The notes under the pieces: generated by a model
Database searches by the model: none
Told to the model about the DNA's origin: nothing
The model's input: only the letters and a program-made list of their open reading frames with translations
Translations under genes and position numbers: made by a program
Assembly: GCA_963798085.1 (NCBI GenBank)
Contig: CAWCRS010000007.1
Coordinates: 416,001-480,000, forward strand
Direction of reading: 5' to 3'
From: an uncultured Gemmatimonadales bacterium
GTDB lineage: Bacteria; Gemmatimonadota; Gemmatimonadetes; Longimicrobiales; RSA9
Length of the DNA: 64,000 nt
Shown: positions 41,068 to 51,429 of the stretch, piece by piece
Layout of the letters: each line of letters begins with the position of its first letter
Position numbering within the stretch: position 1 is the first letter of the stretch

Positions 41068-42594
41068 TCATCGGCCACGGCCAGCATCGGGTGGCTGGAA
41101 TTTCAGCTGAATGAGGGCATCGAGCGCCGCCCGTCGGATCTCTGGGCGAGGGTGCTTTTCGGCCAGTTCGCTGAGGAGGTCGCGGACCGTGTCGGCCTTC
41201 ACCTGAACGAGGAAGCGCACGGCGCTGCGCTGCACTTCGGGGCGGGGATGGTCCCAGGCGATGCGGCGAAGCTCGCGGGCGGCGGCCTCGGGCGGCTCGG
41301 TACGGACCAGGCCCTGGATGGCGCGCTGCTGCACGCGGAGACTGGGGTGCGTGTCGACGAGCGAGGTGAGGATGGAGAGGATGCGATCGTCGCGAATGCT
41401 GTTGAGGGCGTCGACGGCACGCAGCTCGACCGTGGTGTCCGGGTCGGTGCGTGCGATGCGCGCGAGCAGGTCGATGGTGGCGCGCGGTGCGGGCAGCCCG
41501 CGCTGCTGCGCGACGAGCGTGAGCATGGCCTGACCGCGAACCGCGGCCTGCGCAGTGTCCCCGCCGGGGCGCTGGACGAGATCGACGAGAGCGCGGAAGG
41601 CGCGTTCGTCGCCTACAATGCCCAGGGTCTGCACCGCTTCACGGCGAATGCGGCTGTCCTTGTCCTGGCGGGCCAGCCGGTCGAGCAGATCGACGGCAGG
41701 CCCGGGCGCAGCGGCGCGGCCGAACGCGCGCACGGCGGTGGTGCGCACGGCGAAGCTCGTGTCCTCCTGCGCGGCCCGGGACAATGCGGCCACGGCATCG
41801 GGCTGCTGGAAGGTACCCAACCACTGCGCGGCCTCGCGACGGACGCCGGCATCGAGACTGTGGTCGTCGAGCCAGGCGCGCAGCGCCGGTGGCAATGTGC
41901 CGGGGTCATGCGCGATGCCGGTCATGGCGACGGCGGCCTGGCGCATGGCGTCCTCGCTCAGAGTGGAGAACAGGCTGCGGGTGCGTTCCACGCTCTCGGC
42001 CGGAGTGGCACCCCCCAGCCAGAGCAGGGCGCCACCATCGAAATGGACGGGGAACGCGAAGCTGCCAATGTGGACGCGCACCGGCACGGCGCGGCCGTCC
42101 TGCACTTCGTAGCGCACGAGCAGCGTGATGTCGTGCAGGTTGCGCGCGCCGACCATTGGAGCGAGCGGCACACCGGAGAAGGTGATGCCACCGGAGAAGC
42201 TGCCGAAGGACCAGGAGCCGTAGATGGTGGATGCAACGTAGGGCAGGCTGGCGTTTGCCGGGCGAGGCGGGGGTACATGCCGGTCCATGTTGTACCAGAC
42301 GGTGCCGGTCGTGTCGCCGGGAACGGTCCAGGCCAGCCACCAGGCGGTGAGTCGGCGATCCCGGGCCGTGCGCTCGGCCCAGGTCCAGCGCGCACGCAGG
42401 TCACCGGCATCCGCCGCGATGAGGACGGTGTCGGGTGCGGCGCGGCCGGTATCCGGCAGTACTTCAACCGTCTCGGCGCGGAGACGTGCAGCAGTCGCCG
42501 GGGGTCGGGGCGCGAGTCCTGGCTCGGGCGCTGTGGATGCGGGGGATCCGATTGACGACGACAGCAGCAGAATCAGCGCTGTGCGCGTGATCAT
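41068..42594 (-). CDS. Exported HEAT-repeat protein
   Basis: Signal-like N-terminus; repeated VRREAAQWLG, VRTTAVRAFG, IRREAVQTLG, VQRSAVRFL, IRRAALDAL. Confidence 0.8.
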   Translation of the reverse strand: MITRTALILLLSSSIGSPASTAPEPGLAPRPPATAARLRAETVEVLPDTGRAAPDTVLIAADAGDLRARWTWAERTARDRRLTAWWLAWTVPGDTTGTVWYNMDRHVPPPRPANASLPYVASTIYGSWSFGSFSGGITFSGVPLAPMVGARNLHDITLLVRYEVQDGRAVPVRVHIGSFAFPVHFDGGALLWLGGATPAESVERTRSLFSTLSEDAMRQAAVAMTGIAHDPGTLPPALRAWLDDHSLDAGVRREAAQWLGTFQQPDAVAALSRAAQEDTSFAVRTTAVRAFGRAAAPGPAVDLLDRLARQDKDSRIRREAVQTLGIVGDERAFRALVDLVQRPGGDTAQAAVRGQAMLTLVAQQRGLPAPRATIDLLARIARTDPDTTVELRAVDALNSIRDDRILSILTSLVDTHPSLRVQQRAIQGLVRTEPPEAAARELRRIAWDHPRPEVQRSAVRFLVQVKADTVRDLLSELAEKHPRPEIRRAALDALIQLKFQPPDAGRGR

Positions 42595-42751
42595 CGAGGC
42601 TCTCCGATTTCGTGTCGACCCGGCCTGGTGTCTTTCCGGCTCTCCCGATTGGTCACCGCGGGGGGCGTGGCGGTTGCAGAAAGGCAGCGGCTGCGCCTTG
42701 CGGTACCGTGCGGCTGGTGGGATCATCGGATGGGCGAGGACGAGGAAAGCG

Positions 42752-43318
42752 ATGGCAATGAATGTCCGGGATGCGATCGCCGGGCGGCGGTCGATCAAGC
42801 GGTTCACGGGGCGAGCGGTCACGCGCGCGGAAATCGAGGCTCTGCTGGACGCGGCGGTGCTGGCGCCGAATCACAGGCTGACGCAGCCGTGGCGTTTTTA
42901 CGTGCTGGGTCCGGCGGCGCGACGCGCGTACGGGGCCGTGCTGGGCGCGCGCAAGGCGAAGAAGGTGGAGGATCCGGTCGCCGCGGCGCAGGTGGCGTCC
43001 AAGGTAGAGGAGGAGAACGCGGCAGTGCCGGCGATGATCGCGGTCGCAGTGCAGGTGTCTGCGGATGCGGAGCAGCAGGAGGAGGACTACGCCGCCACGA
43101 TGATGGCGGTGCAGAATATCCTGCTCGCGGCGGTATCCATGGGGCTGGGAGCGCATCTGAAGTCAGGCGCGGTCATGCAGGACGAGCGCGCGCGCGCGGC
43201 GGTGGGCGCAGGTGAAGGCGAGCGCATCGTCGCACTGATCAATCTTGGCGAAGCGGCGGAAGCGCCGGGCGAGAAGGCGAGGCGGAGCGCCCGGGAACTC
43301 ACCACGTGGCGCGACTGA
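42752..43318 (+). CDS. Nitroreductase family protein (YdjA-like)
   Basis: RRSIKRF, APNHRLTQPWRF, AVQNILLAAVSMGLG. Confidence 0.88.
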   Translation: MAMNVRDAIAGRRSIKRFTGRAVTRAEIEALLDAAVLAPNHRLTQPWRFYVLGPAARRAYGAVLGARKAKKVEDPVAAAQVASKVEEENAAVPAMIAVAVQVSADAEQQEEDYAATMMAVQNILLAAVSMGLGAHLKSGAVMQDERARAAVGAGEGERIVALINLGEAAEAPGEKARRSARELTTWRD

Positions 43319-43332
43319 GCCACTGACGCGCA

Positions 43333-44322
43333 ATGCTGCGACTGCACGCGTTCGAGTATCACCGGCCGGCGGCACTGGCGGAAGCGCTGGAACTGCTGAG
43401 CCGTCACGCGGGCAACGTCATGCCGCTGGCAGGGGGCACCGATCTCATGCCCAACATGAAGCATCGGCTGTTCACGCCGGAGCACGTAGTGGGTCTGCGT
43501 CGTCTGCCCGAGTTGCGCGGCATCACCGTGCAGGATGGCGAGCTGCGCATTGGTGCGGCGGAAACGCTGACCACGGTGTCACGTGCAGCGCTGGTTCGGA
43601 AGCACGCGCCCTCACTGGCGAAGGCGGCGGGTCTGGTAGCGGGACCGCAGCTGCGCAACATGGGCACACTGGGCGGCAACGTCTGCCTGGACACACGTTG
43701 CACGTACTACAACCAGACGTGGTTCTGGCGGCAGGCGCTGGGCTTCTGCCTGAAGAAGGATGGCGATGTCTGCCATGTCACGACGACCGGGAAGAAGTGT
43801 GTCGCCGCGCATTCGGCGGACACGCCGCCCGTGCTCATCACACTGGACGCGAGCGTCGAGCTGGCGTCGGTTCAGGGCACGCGCACGGTATCCCTAACAG
43901 AGCTGTTCGTGGCGGACGGGATCTGGAACAGCATTCGTCGACCGGACGAGATACTGGTGTGTGTGCGCGTGCCGCTGCCGCGCGGACGGCTGCGCGTGGG
44001 GTTCGAGAAGCTGCGCCAGCGCAATGCCATCGACTTCCCGCTGCTGAACGTGGCCGTGGCGGCACAGATGGCCGGCGGCGACGCGGTCGAGACGCTGCGT
44101 GTGGTAGTGTCGGCGCTGGGTTCGCGTCCGCGTGAGGTGACCGGCCTCGAGCGTCTGGTGGCGGGCCAGCGGCTGACGCCGGACGTGATCGAGGCGGTGG
44201 CGAAAAGGGCGTACCAGCAGTGTCATCCGCTCAGCAACATCACGATCAATGCCGACTGGCGGCGTGCCATGGTGCCGGTGCACGTGCGGCGTGCACTGCA
44301 GGGCATGACGAGCGCCGCCTGA
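43333..44322 (+). CDS. FAD-binding subunit with [4Fe-4S] insertion (HcrB-like)
   Basis: AGGTDL, QLRNMGTLGGN, insertion C-x15-C-x7-C-x8-C (RCTYYNQ...FCLKKDGDVCHVTTTGKKC), RNAIDFP. Confidence 0.88.
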   Translation: MLRLHAFEYHRPAALAEALELLSRHAGNVMPLAGGTDLMPNMKHRLFTPEHVVGLRRLPELRGITVQDGELRIGAAETLTTVSRAALVRKHAPSLAKAAGLVAGPQLRNMGTLGGNVCLDTRCTYYNQTWFWRQALGFCLKKDGDVCHVTTTGKKCVAAHSADTPPVLITLDASVELASVQGTRTVSLTELFVADGIWNSIRRPDEILVCVRVPLPRGRLRVGFEKLRQRNAIDFPLLNVAVAAQMAGGDAVETLRVVVSALGSRPREVTGLERLVAGQRLTPDVIEAVAKRAYQQCHPLSNITINADWRRAMVPVHVRRALQGMTSAA

Positions 44323-44425
44323 GGCATTGCGGGGAGAGGGCACGCGTCGCAACATGCACGCTGCGGGAGCGCATCCCGCGACGTCGCGCCGGTCGCTGGT
44401 CCGCCTGCCCTTCGAGGAGGAACGC

Positions 44426-45544
44426 ATGTCCATGCCGATGGATCGTCGCGCCTTCGTGATCACGAGCGCTGTTGCCGCCACGGGCATCGCGAAGCCCCGC
44501 GTGCTGGAGGGCTCGCCAGGCGTCATTGTCCGGCGTGCCCGGCCGGTCGTGATTTCGGCGGCGAACGGGAATCGCTCGAAGGATGCCGATGGCAGGACGG
44601 GCGTGCAGAAGGCATTCCAGATGATCACCGAAGGCAAGGACGTGCTGGACGCGGTGATCGCCTGCGTGAACTGCGTGGAACTGGATCCCACGGATAACAG
44701 TGTAGGCTACGGTGGCCTGCCCAACGCGGACGGCGTGGTGCAGCTGGATTCCTGCTGCATGCACGGACCGAAGAAGCAGGCGGGTGGTGTCGCGTGCATC
44801 GAAGGCGTGCGCACGCCGTCGCTGGTGGCCAAGGCGGTCATGGAGCAGACGGACCACCATCTGCTGGTGGGCAAGGGCGCACAGGAGTTCGCGCGCAATG
44901 TCGGCTTCAAGATCGAGGACGACCTGAACACGGAGCGCTCGCGCGAACTGTGGCTGGAGTGGAAGCGTCGCACCGATCCCGAGCATTATCTCGATCCCAA
45001 GAAGCGCATGGAGAAGGGCATGCAGGTGGGTCTGGAGATGGTGCGCGAGGGCAAGATCGATCCCGACCATTTCTGGGGCACGATCAACTGCAATGGCGTG
45101 AACCCGCGCGGTGATGTGTGCGGCGTAGTGACCACCAGCGGTCTTTCGTGGAAGATTCCGGGACGCGTGGGTGATTCGCCGATACTGGGCGCGGGTCTGT
45201 ATGTGGACAATGACGTGGGCGCCGCCGGCTCGACGGGCCGGGGCGAGGCGAACCTGTACAATCTCACGTCGTTCCTGATCGTGGAGAACATGCGGCGAGG
45301 CATGTCGCCGAAGGATGCGGGGATGGATGGCCTGCGCCGCATCCAGAAGAACACGATCGAGAAGCGGCTGCTGAACGAGCGCAACCTGCCCAATTTCGGC
45401 ATCCAGTTCTATGTATTGAACAACAAGGGCGAGTACGCGGCGGTGACAATGTACGGGCCGGCGCGCTTTGCGGTGTGCGACGAGAATGGTCCTCGGCTGG
45501 AGGATTGCAGCGCACTGCTGGATGGCCGCGCAACCGACGAGTAG
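44426..45544 (+). CDS. N(4)-(beta-N-acetylglucosaminyl)-L-asparaginase family Ntn hydrolase, Tat-exported
   Basis: DRRAF Tat signal, SVGYGGLPN, GTI nucleophile site, TTSGLSWKIPGRVGDSPILGAG, STGRGE. Confidence 0.9.
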   Translation: MSMPMDRRAFVITSAVAATGIAKPRVLEGSPGVIVRRARPVVISAANGNRSKDADGRTGVQKAFQMITEGKDVLDAVIACVNCVELDPTDNSVGYGGLPNADGVVQLDSCCMHGPKKQAGGVACIEGVRTPSLVAKAVMEQTDHHLLVGKGAQEFARNVGFKIEDDLNTERSRELWLEWKRRTDPEHYLDPKKRMEKGMQVGLEMVREGKIDPDHFWGTINCNGVNPRGDVCGVVTTSGLSWKIPGRVGDSPILGAGLYVDNDVGAAGSTGRGEANLYNLTSFLIVENMRRGMSPKDAGMDGLRRIQKNTIEKRLLNERNLPNFGIQFYVLNNKGEYAAVTMYGPARFAVCDENGPRLEDCSALLDGRATDE

Positions 45545-45648
45545 GAGCGACGCATTCCGCAACCTCGCCTTGCTCCACTCGCTCGAGTGCGAAGCGCCCG
45601 GGAAGCAGCCATGCACTGCTTTCCGGGCGCAGTTCCGCGCAGGACCGG

Positions 45649-46902
45649 ATGACCGAACTCCTGGAAGAGCGACTGCGCCACGAGCTGGCGCCGGAACTGG
45701 AGCTGAAGCGGCTGCTGGGCCGAGGGTCCGTGGCCAGCGTATACCTGGCGCTGGAGCCGGCGCTCAAGCGCATGGTGGCGCTCAAGGTGCTGCGGCCGGA
45801 GCTGGCGCTGGATGATGTAGCGCGACGCCGCTTCGAGCGGGAAGCGCAGGCGGCCGCGCGCATCAACCATCCCAATGTCACCGACATCTACCGCACCAGC
45901 CGTCTGAGTGACGGCGTTCCCTACATCGTGATGGAGTTCATCGACGGGCGCACACTGGCGGATGCGCTCGAGGCAAACGGCCCGTTAGGCGTGGACGACG
46001 TACGCCGCATCGTGGCGGGTGTGGCGGACGCGCTGTCGGCCGCGCACGAGAAGGGCATTGTGCACCGCAATGTGCGGCCCGGCAACGTCATCCGCGAGAA
46101 CCGTACGGGGCGCGTGGTGCTCACGGATTTCGGCATTGCCGCGATCCTGGAATCGGGTGGCGAGTCCGTGACGCAACTGACGGCCATGGGCCACCGGCTG
46201 GGCGACCCGCGCTACATGAGTCCGGAACAGATGCGTGGTGAGTCGGTCACCGAGCAATCCGACCTGTACAGCCTGGGCGTGCTGGGCTACGTGCTGCTGA
46301 CGGGTGAGGGGCCGTTCGGCGCTGGCGGTGGCCGCGTGGCGGAAATCGCAGCCAAGCTGGAAGGCGATCCTCGCCATCTGCGCGACATGCGCGCCGACGT
46401 CGAACCGCGCATGGCTCAGATGCTGGAGCGTTGTCTTGCGCGCCAGCCGGAGCACCGGCCGCGCGCGGGCGAGGTCGTAATGTCACTGGCGCAGCCCAGA
46501 ATGCCCACGGCGCCGGCGTTTTCCATGATCATGAGCGAGGGCGTCAGTGGCGAAAGCACGGCGCTGCAGCGCTTCCTGGCCGATCTGAAGCGCAGGCGAG
46601 TCTACAAGGTGGGCGGCGCCTACGCCGTGGCGGCCTTCGCGGTGCTGCAGGTCATCGAGACGATCGTACACGGGCTCGAGCTGAAGGAATGGGTGGTGGA
46701 CGCCACCGTGGTGTCGACGCTGGCGCTGTGTCCGGTGGCGCTGACGCTGGCGTGGGTCTTCGACATCCGCGATGGTCGCGTGCAGCGCGCGGACTCCCCC
46801 AGTGGCGAAGTCTCGCTGTTCGGTCGCATGCTGCCGTACATCGGGCTGGCGCTGAGCGTGCTGGTCGCCGCGCTGGTGGGCTGGCTCAAACTGCACCGTT
46901 AG
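45649..46902 (+). CDS. Hanks-type Ser/Thr kinase-like protein (probable pseudokinase) with C-terminal 3-TM domain
   Basis: GRGSVASVY, VALKVL, FEREA, HRNVRPGN, DFG, GDPRYMSPEQ, SDLYSLG. Confidence 0.85.
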   Translation: MTELLEERLRHELAPELELKRLLGRGSVASVYLALEPALKRMVALKVLRPELALDDVARRRFEREAQAAARINHPNVTDIYRTSRLSDGVPYIVMEFIDGRTLADALEANGPLGVDDVRRIVAGVADALSAAHEKGIVHRNVRPGNVIRENRTGRVVLTDFGIAAILESGGESVTQLTAMGHRLGDPRYMSPEQMRGESVTEQSDLYSLGVLGYVLLTGEGPFGAGGGRVAEIAAKLEGDPRHLRDMRADVEPRMAQMLERCLARQPEHRPRAGEVVMSLAQPRMPTAPAFSMIMSEGVSGESTALQRFLADLKRRRVYKVGGAYAVAAFAVLQVIETIVHGLELKEWVVDATVVSTLALCPVALTLAWVFDIRDGRVQRADSPSGEVSLFGRMLPYIGLALSVLVAALVGWLKLHR

Positions 46903-46968
46903 TGGACTGTAACCAGGTGTGGTCCGGCAGACGGGCGATTCCCGGTCTGCGACGCTGGTTGCCGGGGC

Positions 46969-47928
46969 TCAGTGGTGTTGCCCGGCGACGGATTTCTCGC
47001 CCGCCTGAACGGCGAAGGGCAGACGGTTCTGGCGAGGCGGCAGCGGGCAGGTGGCGAATTCGGTGAAGACGCAGGGCGGATTGTACGCCTTGTTGAAGTC
47101 GACGACGGTCCAGCCGTTGGCGTCGGGCGCGTCCACCCAGAGGAAGCGGCCGCCGCCGTAGGTCTCGCCGCCGTTCGTGCGGTCGCCGAAGGCGGTGAAG
47201 AAATTGGCGGGATCGTCGCTGTCCTCCCAGAGCAGCAGCTCGTAGCGCCTGCCCTGATAACGGAAGGTTACGGATCCCGGCGAGGGTGTGCGGTTGATGT
47301 CGCCGAGGATATTGGGCACCTCGATGGTATCCGGCGGCTGGCGGCGGTGGAAGCGGGCGGGGAAGCGCCACGCCTTCGACACCTCGAAGCGGTTGATGCC
47401 GGAGAAGAACATGCGCACGGGGCTCTCGGCGTCGCGCAGCCGGATGGCGAGGCGGCCGCCGCGGGCAATGACCAGCCAGCTCAACGAGCCGAAGCGCAGC
47501 ACGGTGGCGGTGTCGCCGCCGTAACGCATGGTTAGCAATGTGACGGCGGTGGCGTCGGTGGTCGAGTCGCGGGTCACGCGCACGCCGTGCCCGGCCTGGA
47601 AGGTGACGCGCGCGCTGTCCAGCAGGAAGCTGCCGATACGGGCAGGTACGTTCTCGTCCGCGCGGGCATAAACGAACCGGCTGGTCGAGTCGGAGCCGAA
47701 GGTATTCTCGCCGGGTACGAGCCAGAACAGGCCTGCCAGTGTGAGCCAGCCGTCCGGCTGCATGAGCTGTTCGATGCGGTGCGTGTGCCACTGTTCGATG
47801 TAGGTCTGGTGCTCGGCCGCGCTCATGTCCGGCGGCGGCGAGCTGCAGCCTGCGGCGAAGAGCGCGAGCCACGTCACCACGCGTGCGCCGCGGCAGCGGG
47901 CAATGCGGGTCCGGCGCGAGTGCGGCAA
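46969..47928 (-). CDS. DUF1684 domain lipoprotein
   Basis: AAGC lipobox, GWLTLAGLFWL, FGDRTNGGETYGGGRFL, DFNKAYNPPCVFTEFATCPLPP. Confidence 0.88.
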   Translation of the reverse strand: MPHSRRTRIARCRGARVVTWLALFAAGCSSPPPDMSAAEHQTYIEQWHTHRIEQLMQPDGWLTLAGLFWLVPGENTFGSDSTSRFVYARADENVPARIGSFLLDSARVTFQAGHGVRVTRDSTTDATAVTLLTMRYGGDTATVLRFGSLSWLVIARGGRLAIRLRDAESPVRMFFSGINRFEVSKAWRFPARFHRRQPPDTIEVPNILGDINRTPSPGSVTFRYQGRRYELLLWEDSDDPANFFTAFGDRTNGGETYGGGRFLWVDAPDANGWTVVDFNKAYNPPCVFTEFATCPLPPRQNRLPFAVQAGEKSVAGQHH

Positions 47929-48197
47929 ATTGAAACTCCCTTTCGGACGAGACGGAACAGCGTTCCGGACTGCGCACCAATGCAGCGTGCGCAGGGTGCG
48001 CTGGCCATGGCCGGGCCGATACTTTACCGCGCGAGCGACAGGGCGATTGCGTCCCGCGTCCGCGGCGCAGCGGGCGCCGGGCCGGATACAGCTGCAAGAT
48101 CCGGCCTGCGGCTGGAGGTTGCAACCCATCACGAAGCCGCGACGGCAAGCGGGCAACCGTGCGGAGGAAGCCTGGTGAAATCGGGCATGCCAATGTC

Positions 48198-49905
48198 ATG
48201 AGCGAGGCCACGCCAACGACGCAGCGCCGCGATACGGTGCTGGTGCTGCTGGTGATTGGCGCGCTCGTGCTGTACGCGCCGGGCATGCTGTGGGGGCTGC
48301 CCTACGCGACGGCGGCGGATCGCGTGAACCCATGGGGCAGCGATGAGCTGGCGCCACTGGGGCCACTGGCCCAGGTGTTCCACGTAGTGCTGCACGGTGG
48401 CTCCGCGTTCGACCCGCGTTATCCCCTGCTGCCGTACGCGCTGCAGACGCTGTTCATGGCACCCTACCTGCTGTGGCTTCGACTGAGCGGCGGGCAGCAC
48501 GGTTTCGCGATGGAGTACCCGTTCGGTCTGAGCGATCCGGTTGGCTCGATTGCGGGCCTGACGCTGGCGGCGCGCGTTTCCAGCCTGGTGATGATGGCGG
48601 CGGTACCGGCCACCGCGTACTGGACCGCGAAGCGCGTCTGGGGCAAGCGAACAGGTGTGTTCGCAGGCGTGTGCGCGCTGCTGGTCTACCCGTTCTTCTA
48701 CTACGCCCGCACGTCCAACGTCGATGCGGGCGGCCTGCTGTGGACAGTCCTGGGTGTGGCCGCGTTCGCGGCGATTCTGCAGGATGGCCTCACCATCCGG
48801 CGAGGCGTCTGGCTGGGCATCTTCGCCGCGCTGTCCGCAGCCACCAAGGACCAGAATTACGCCATCTTCATGGCGCTGGGACTGGCCGCCGTGGCACTGC
48901 ACCTGCGCGATGCGCGAAGGCGGGGCGAGTCGCTGCTGGTGCCTCCGCTCGCGGCGCTGGGCGCGGCCGTGTTCGCGTATCTGCTGGCAACCGGCATCGT
49001 ATTCCGGCCGTCGAGTTTTGCGACGCACGTCAACTTCATCCTGTTCCATCCGGGCGGGACCAACGGTCAGTCGTACTACAGCGCACCGGCGACCCTCGGC
49101 GGCTACACGCAATTGCTGCGTGAGTATGGCGCACAGATCGTGTCGTCCGTCGGTGTGCCCATGGCCATTGCCGGTACCATTGGCGTAGTGGTGGCGGCGG
49201 TGCGCAGGCCGCGCACACTGCTGCTGGCGCTGCCGGTGCTGGCGCTGTTCCTGGGCGTGATCGCGCCGGTGCGCTTCACGCGCATCCGTTTCGTGCTGCC
49301 GGCGGCTTATCTGTGCGCGCTGTTCGCGGGCGTAGCGATGGGCGCACTCGCGGGCGAAGGCGAAAAGGCGAGCGGCCCTGCCGGTGCCCGGATGCCGCTG
49401 CCGGTGCGGCGTATCGCGGCACGCGTGGCATTCGCGCTGATCGCAGGCTGGGCCCTGCTGCGGGGCGCCGACCTGACGTACCAGAATGTTCAACGATTCG
49501 CGCGATGCCGTGGAGGCCTGGCTGCAACGCAACGCACGGCTGGGTGACCACCTCGGCTTCTACGGTTCGCTGCTCAAGCTGCCACCGCTGGATCCGGGCA
49601 TCATCGCGGAGCAGGGCCCGTACGCGGAGGCGTACCCGCGACCGCCGGGCGCGGGCTGGCCCGAGTTCATCATCGTGATTCCCGTGCAGCAGTTCGAGAA
49701 TGAGCACGAGTGGAATCTGCCGGACGAGCGCTGGCAGGAGCTGAAGCAGGGCCAATGGGACTACGACATGGTGCTCGCCGTGCAGACACGCTCGCTGTTC
49801 CACGACCGGCCCATCAACTGGGTGAACCCGCCGGTGCGCGTGTTCGTGCGTCGCGACATTGTGCCGCGCCTGCGGGATCGGGAGAAGCGGTTGGAGTTGC
49901 GGTGA
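48198..49905 (+). CDS. ArnT/PMT-like (GT-C) membrane glycosyltransferase; frameshift at ~49485
   Basis: WGSDE motif, many TM helices, ATKDQ; removing one A (cagaatg) joins to MFNDSRDAVEAWL. Confidence 0.75.
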
Positions 49906-49997
49906 AACGAACCCTGAACTGCGTTGCAGGGGCTGGGGTTTACGGATCGACGGCGTTGCTGGCAGCCCCGACAACGGTCAAGTCGGTTGAGCGCTGA

Positions 49998-51336
49998 TTG
50001 CTGAACAGCGGGGTGGCGGTCGGGGCGATTTTCGGGCTGGTGTACCTGGGGATGTTCCTGGGGCGGTTCCCGCGACTGCAACTGGATCGCACGGGGATCG
50101 CGCTGCTGGGCGCGCTGGCGCTGCTGGTGACGCGGCTGATGAGCCTGGAGGTGGCGGGGCGGGCGCTGGATCTGCCGACGCTGGCGCTGTTGTTCGGGCT
50201 CATGGTGATGTCGGCGCAGCTGCGGCTGGGCGGGTTCTACCGGCGGGTGGCGCAGCGTTTCGCCATGCTGCCGCTCTCGCCACGCAGCTCGCTGGCGGTG
50301 CTGGTGCTGGTGGTGGGTGTGCTGTCGGCACTCTTCACGAACGACGTTGTGTGTCTGGCCGTGACACCGGTGGTGATCGCCGTGTGCCGGGCCCGTCAGG
50401 AGCAGCCGGTGCCGTTCCTGCTGGCGGTGGCGTGCAGCGCAAACATCGGTTCAGCGGCGACTCTGATCGGCAATCCGCAGAACATCCTGATCGGGCAGGT
50501 ACTGCACCTCTCCTTCCCACGCTATCTGCTGGAAGCCTCGCCGCCGGCGCTGCTCGGCCTGGTGCTGGCATGGTGGTGGATCGTGCGCTGCTATCCGTTG
50601 ACCGTAGCGAACGAGGCTGCCCGGGCGACCGCAGCCGAAGGGGCGGGGCCGGGTGGCGTTGCGGGCGCTTCTAACACGCTGTCAGGGACAGACAAAGCGG
50701 GCGCGCCGGCCGCGGGGCACAGCGCGACGGACCGCATCTCGCAGGATGCACCGTTCGATCGCTGGCAGAATGGGGAAGGGGCTGCTGCTGGCGGTGGCCG
50801 TGCTGCTGGCATTTCTCTTCACGTCGTGGCCGCGCGAGCTGGTGGCGCTGGCGGCGGCCGGAATTCTGCTGACCAGCACGAAGCTGCACTCGCGCGAGAT
50901 GCTGGGGCTGGTGGACTGGCAGCTGCTGGTATTGTTCGCGGGTCTCTTCGTTGTGAATGGCGCCATGACGAACAGCGGGCTGACGCAGGCGGGGCTCGCG
51001 CTACTGACCGGTCACGGCGTCCATCTGCAGCGGCCTGCGTGGCTGTTTGGTACGACACTGGTGCTCAGCAACCTGGTCTCCAATGTGCCCGCGGTAATGC
51101 TGCTGCTGCCGGCGGCGACGGACGCGCAGGCGGGTCCCATCCTGGCGCTGGTCAGCACGCTGGCGGGCAATTTCGTGATCGTGGGCAGCATTGCGAACAT
51201 GATCGTGGTGGAAAGCGCTGCCAGGCAGGGAGTCCGGATCGATTTCCGGACACACGCACGCGCCGGAGTCCCCATCACGCTGATTACGCTGGCCATAACC
51301 GCCGGTTGGCTGGCCGTGCGCGCGCACCTGCGCTGA
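49998..51336 (+). CDS. ArsB/NhaD-type anion permease (YbiR-like); frameshift at ~50769
   Basis: LDRTGIALLG, SALFTND, ANIGSAATLIGNPQN, LSNLVSNVPA, LAGNFVIVGSIAN. Confidence 0.85.
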
Positions 51337-51429
51337 TGCGCCGTCGATCTGATGCGCATGGCAGGCGACACGTCGGCTCGGAGCACCGGTCGGAGCACGG
51401 GCGCGGTGGCGCGCGGATCGCAGCCCGGT

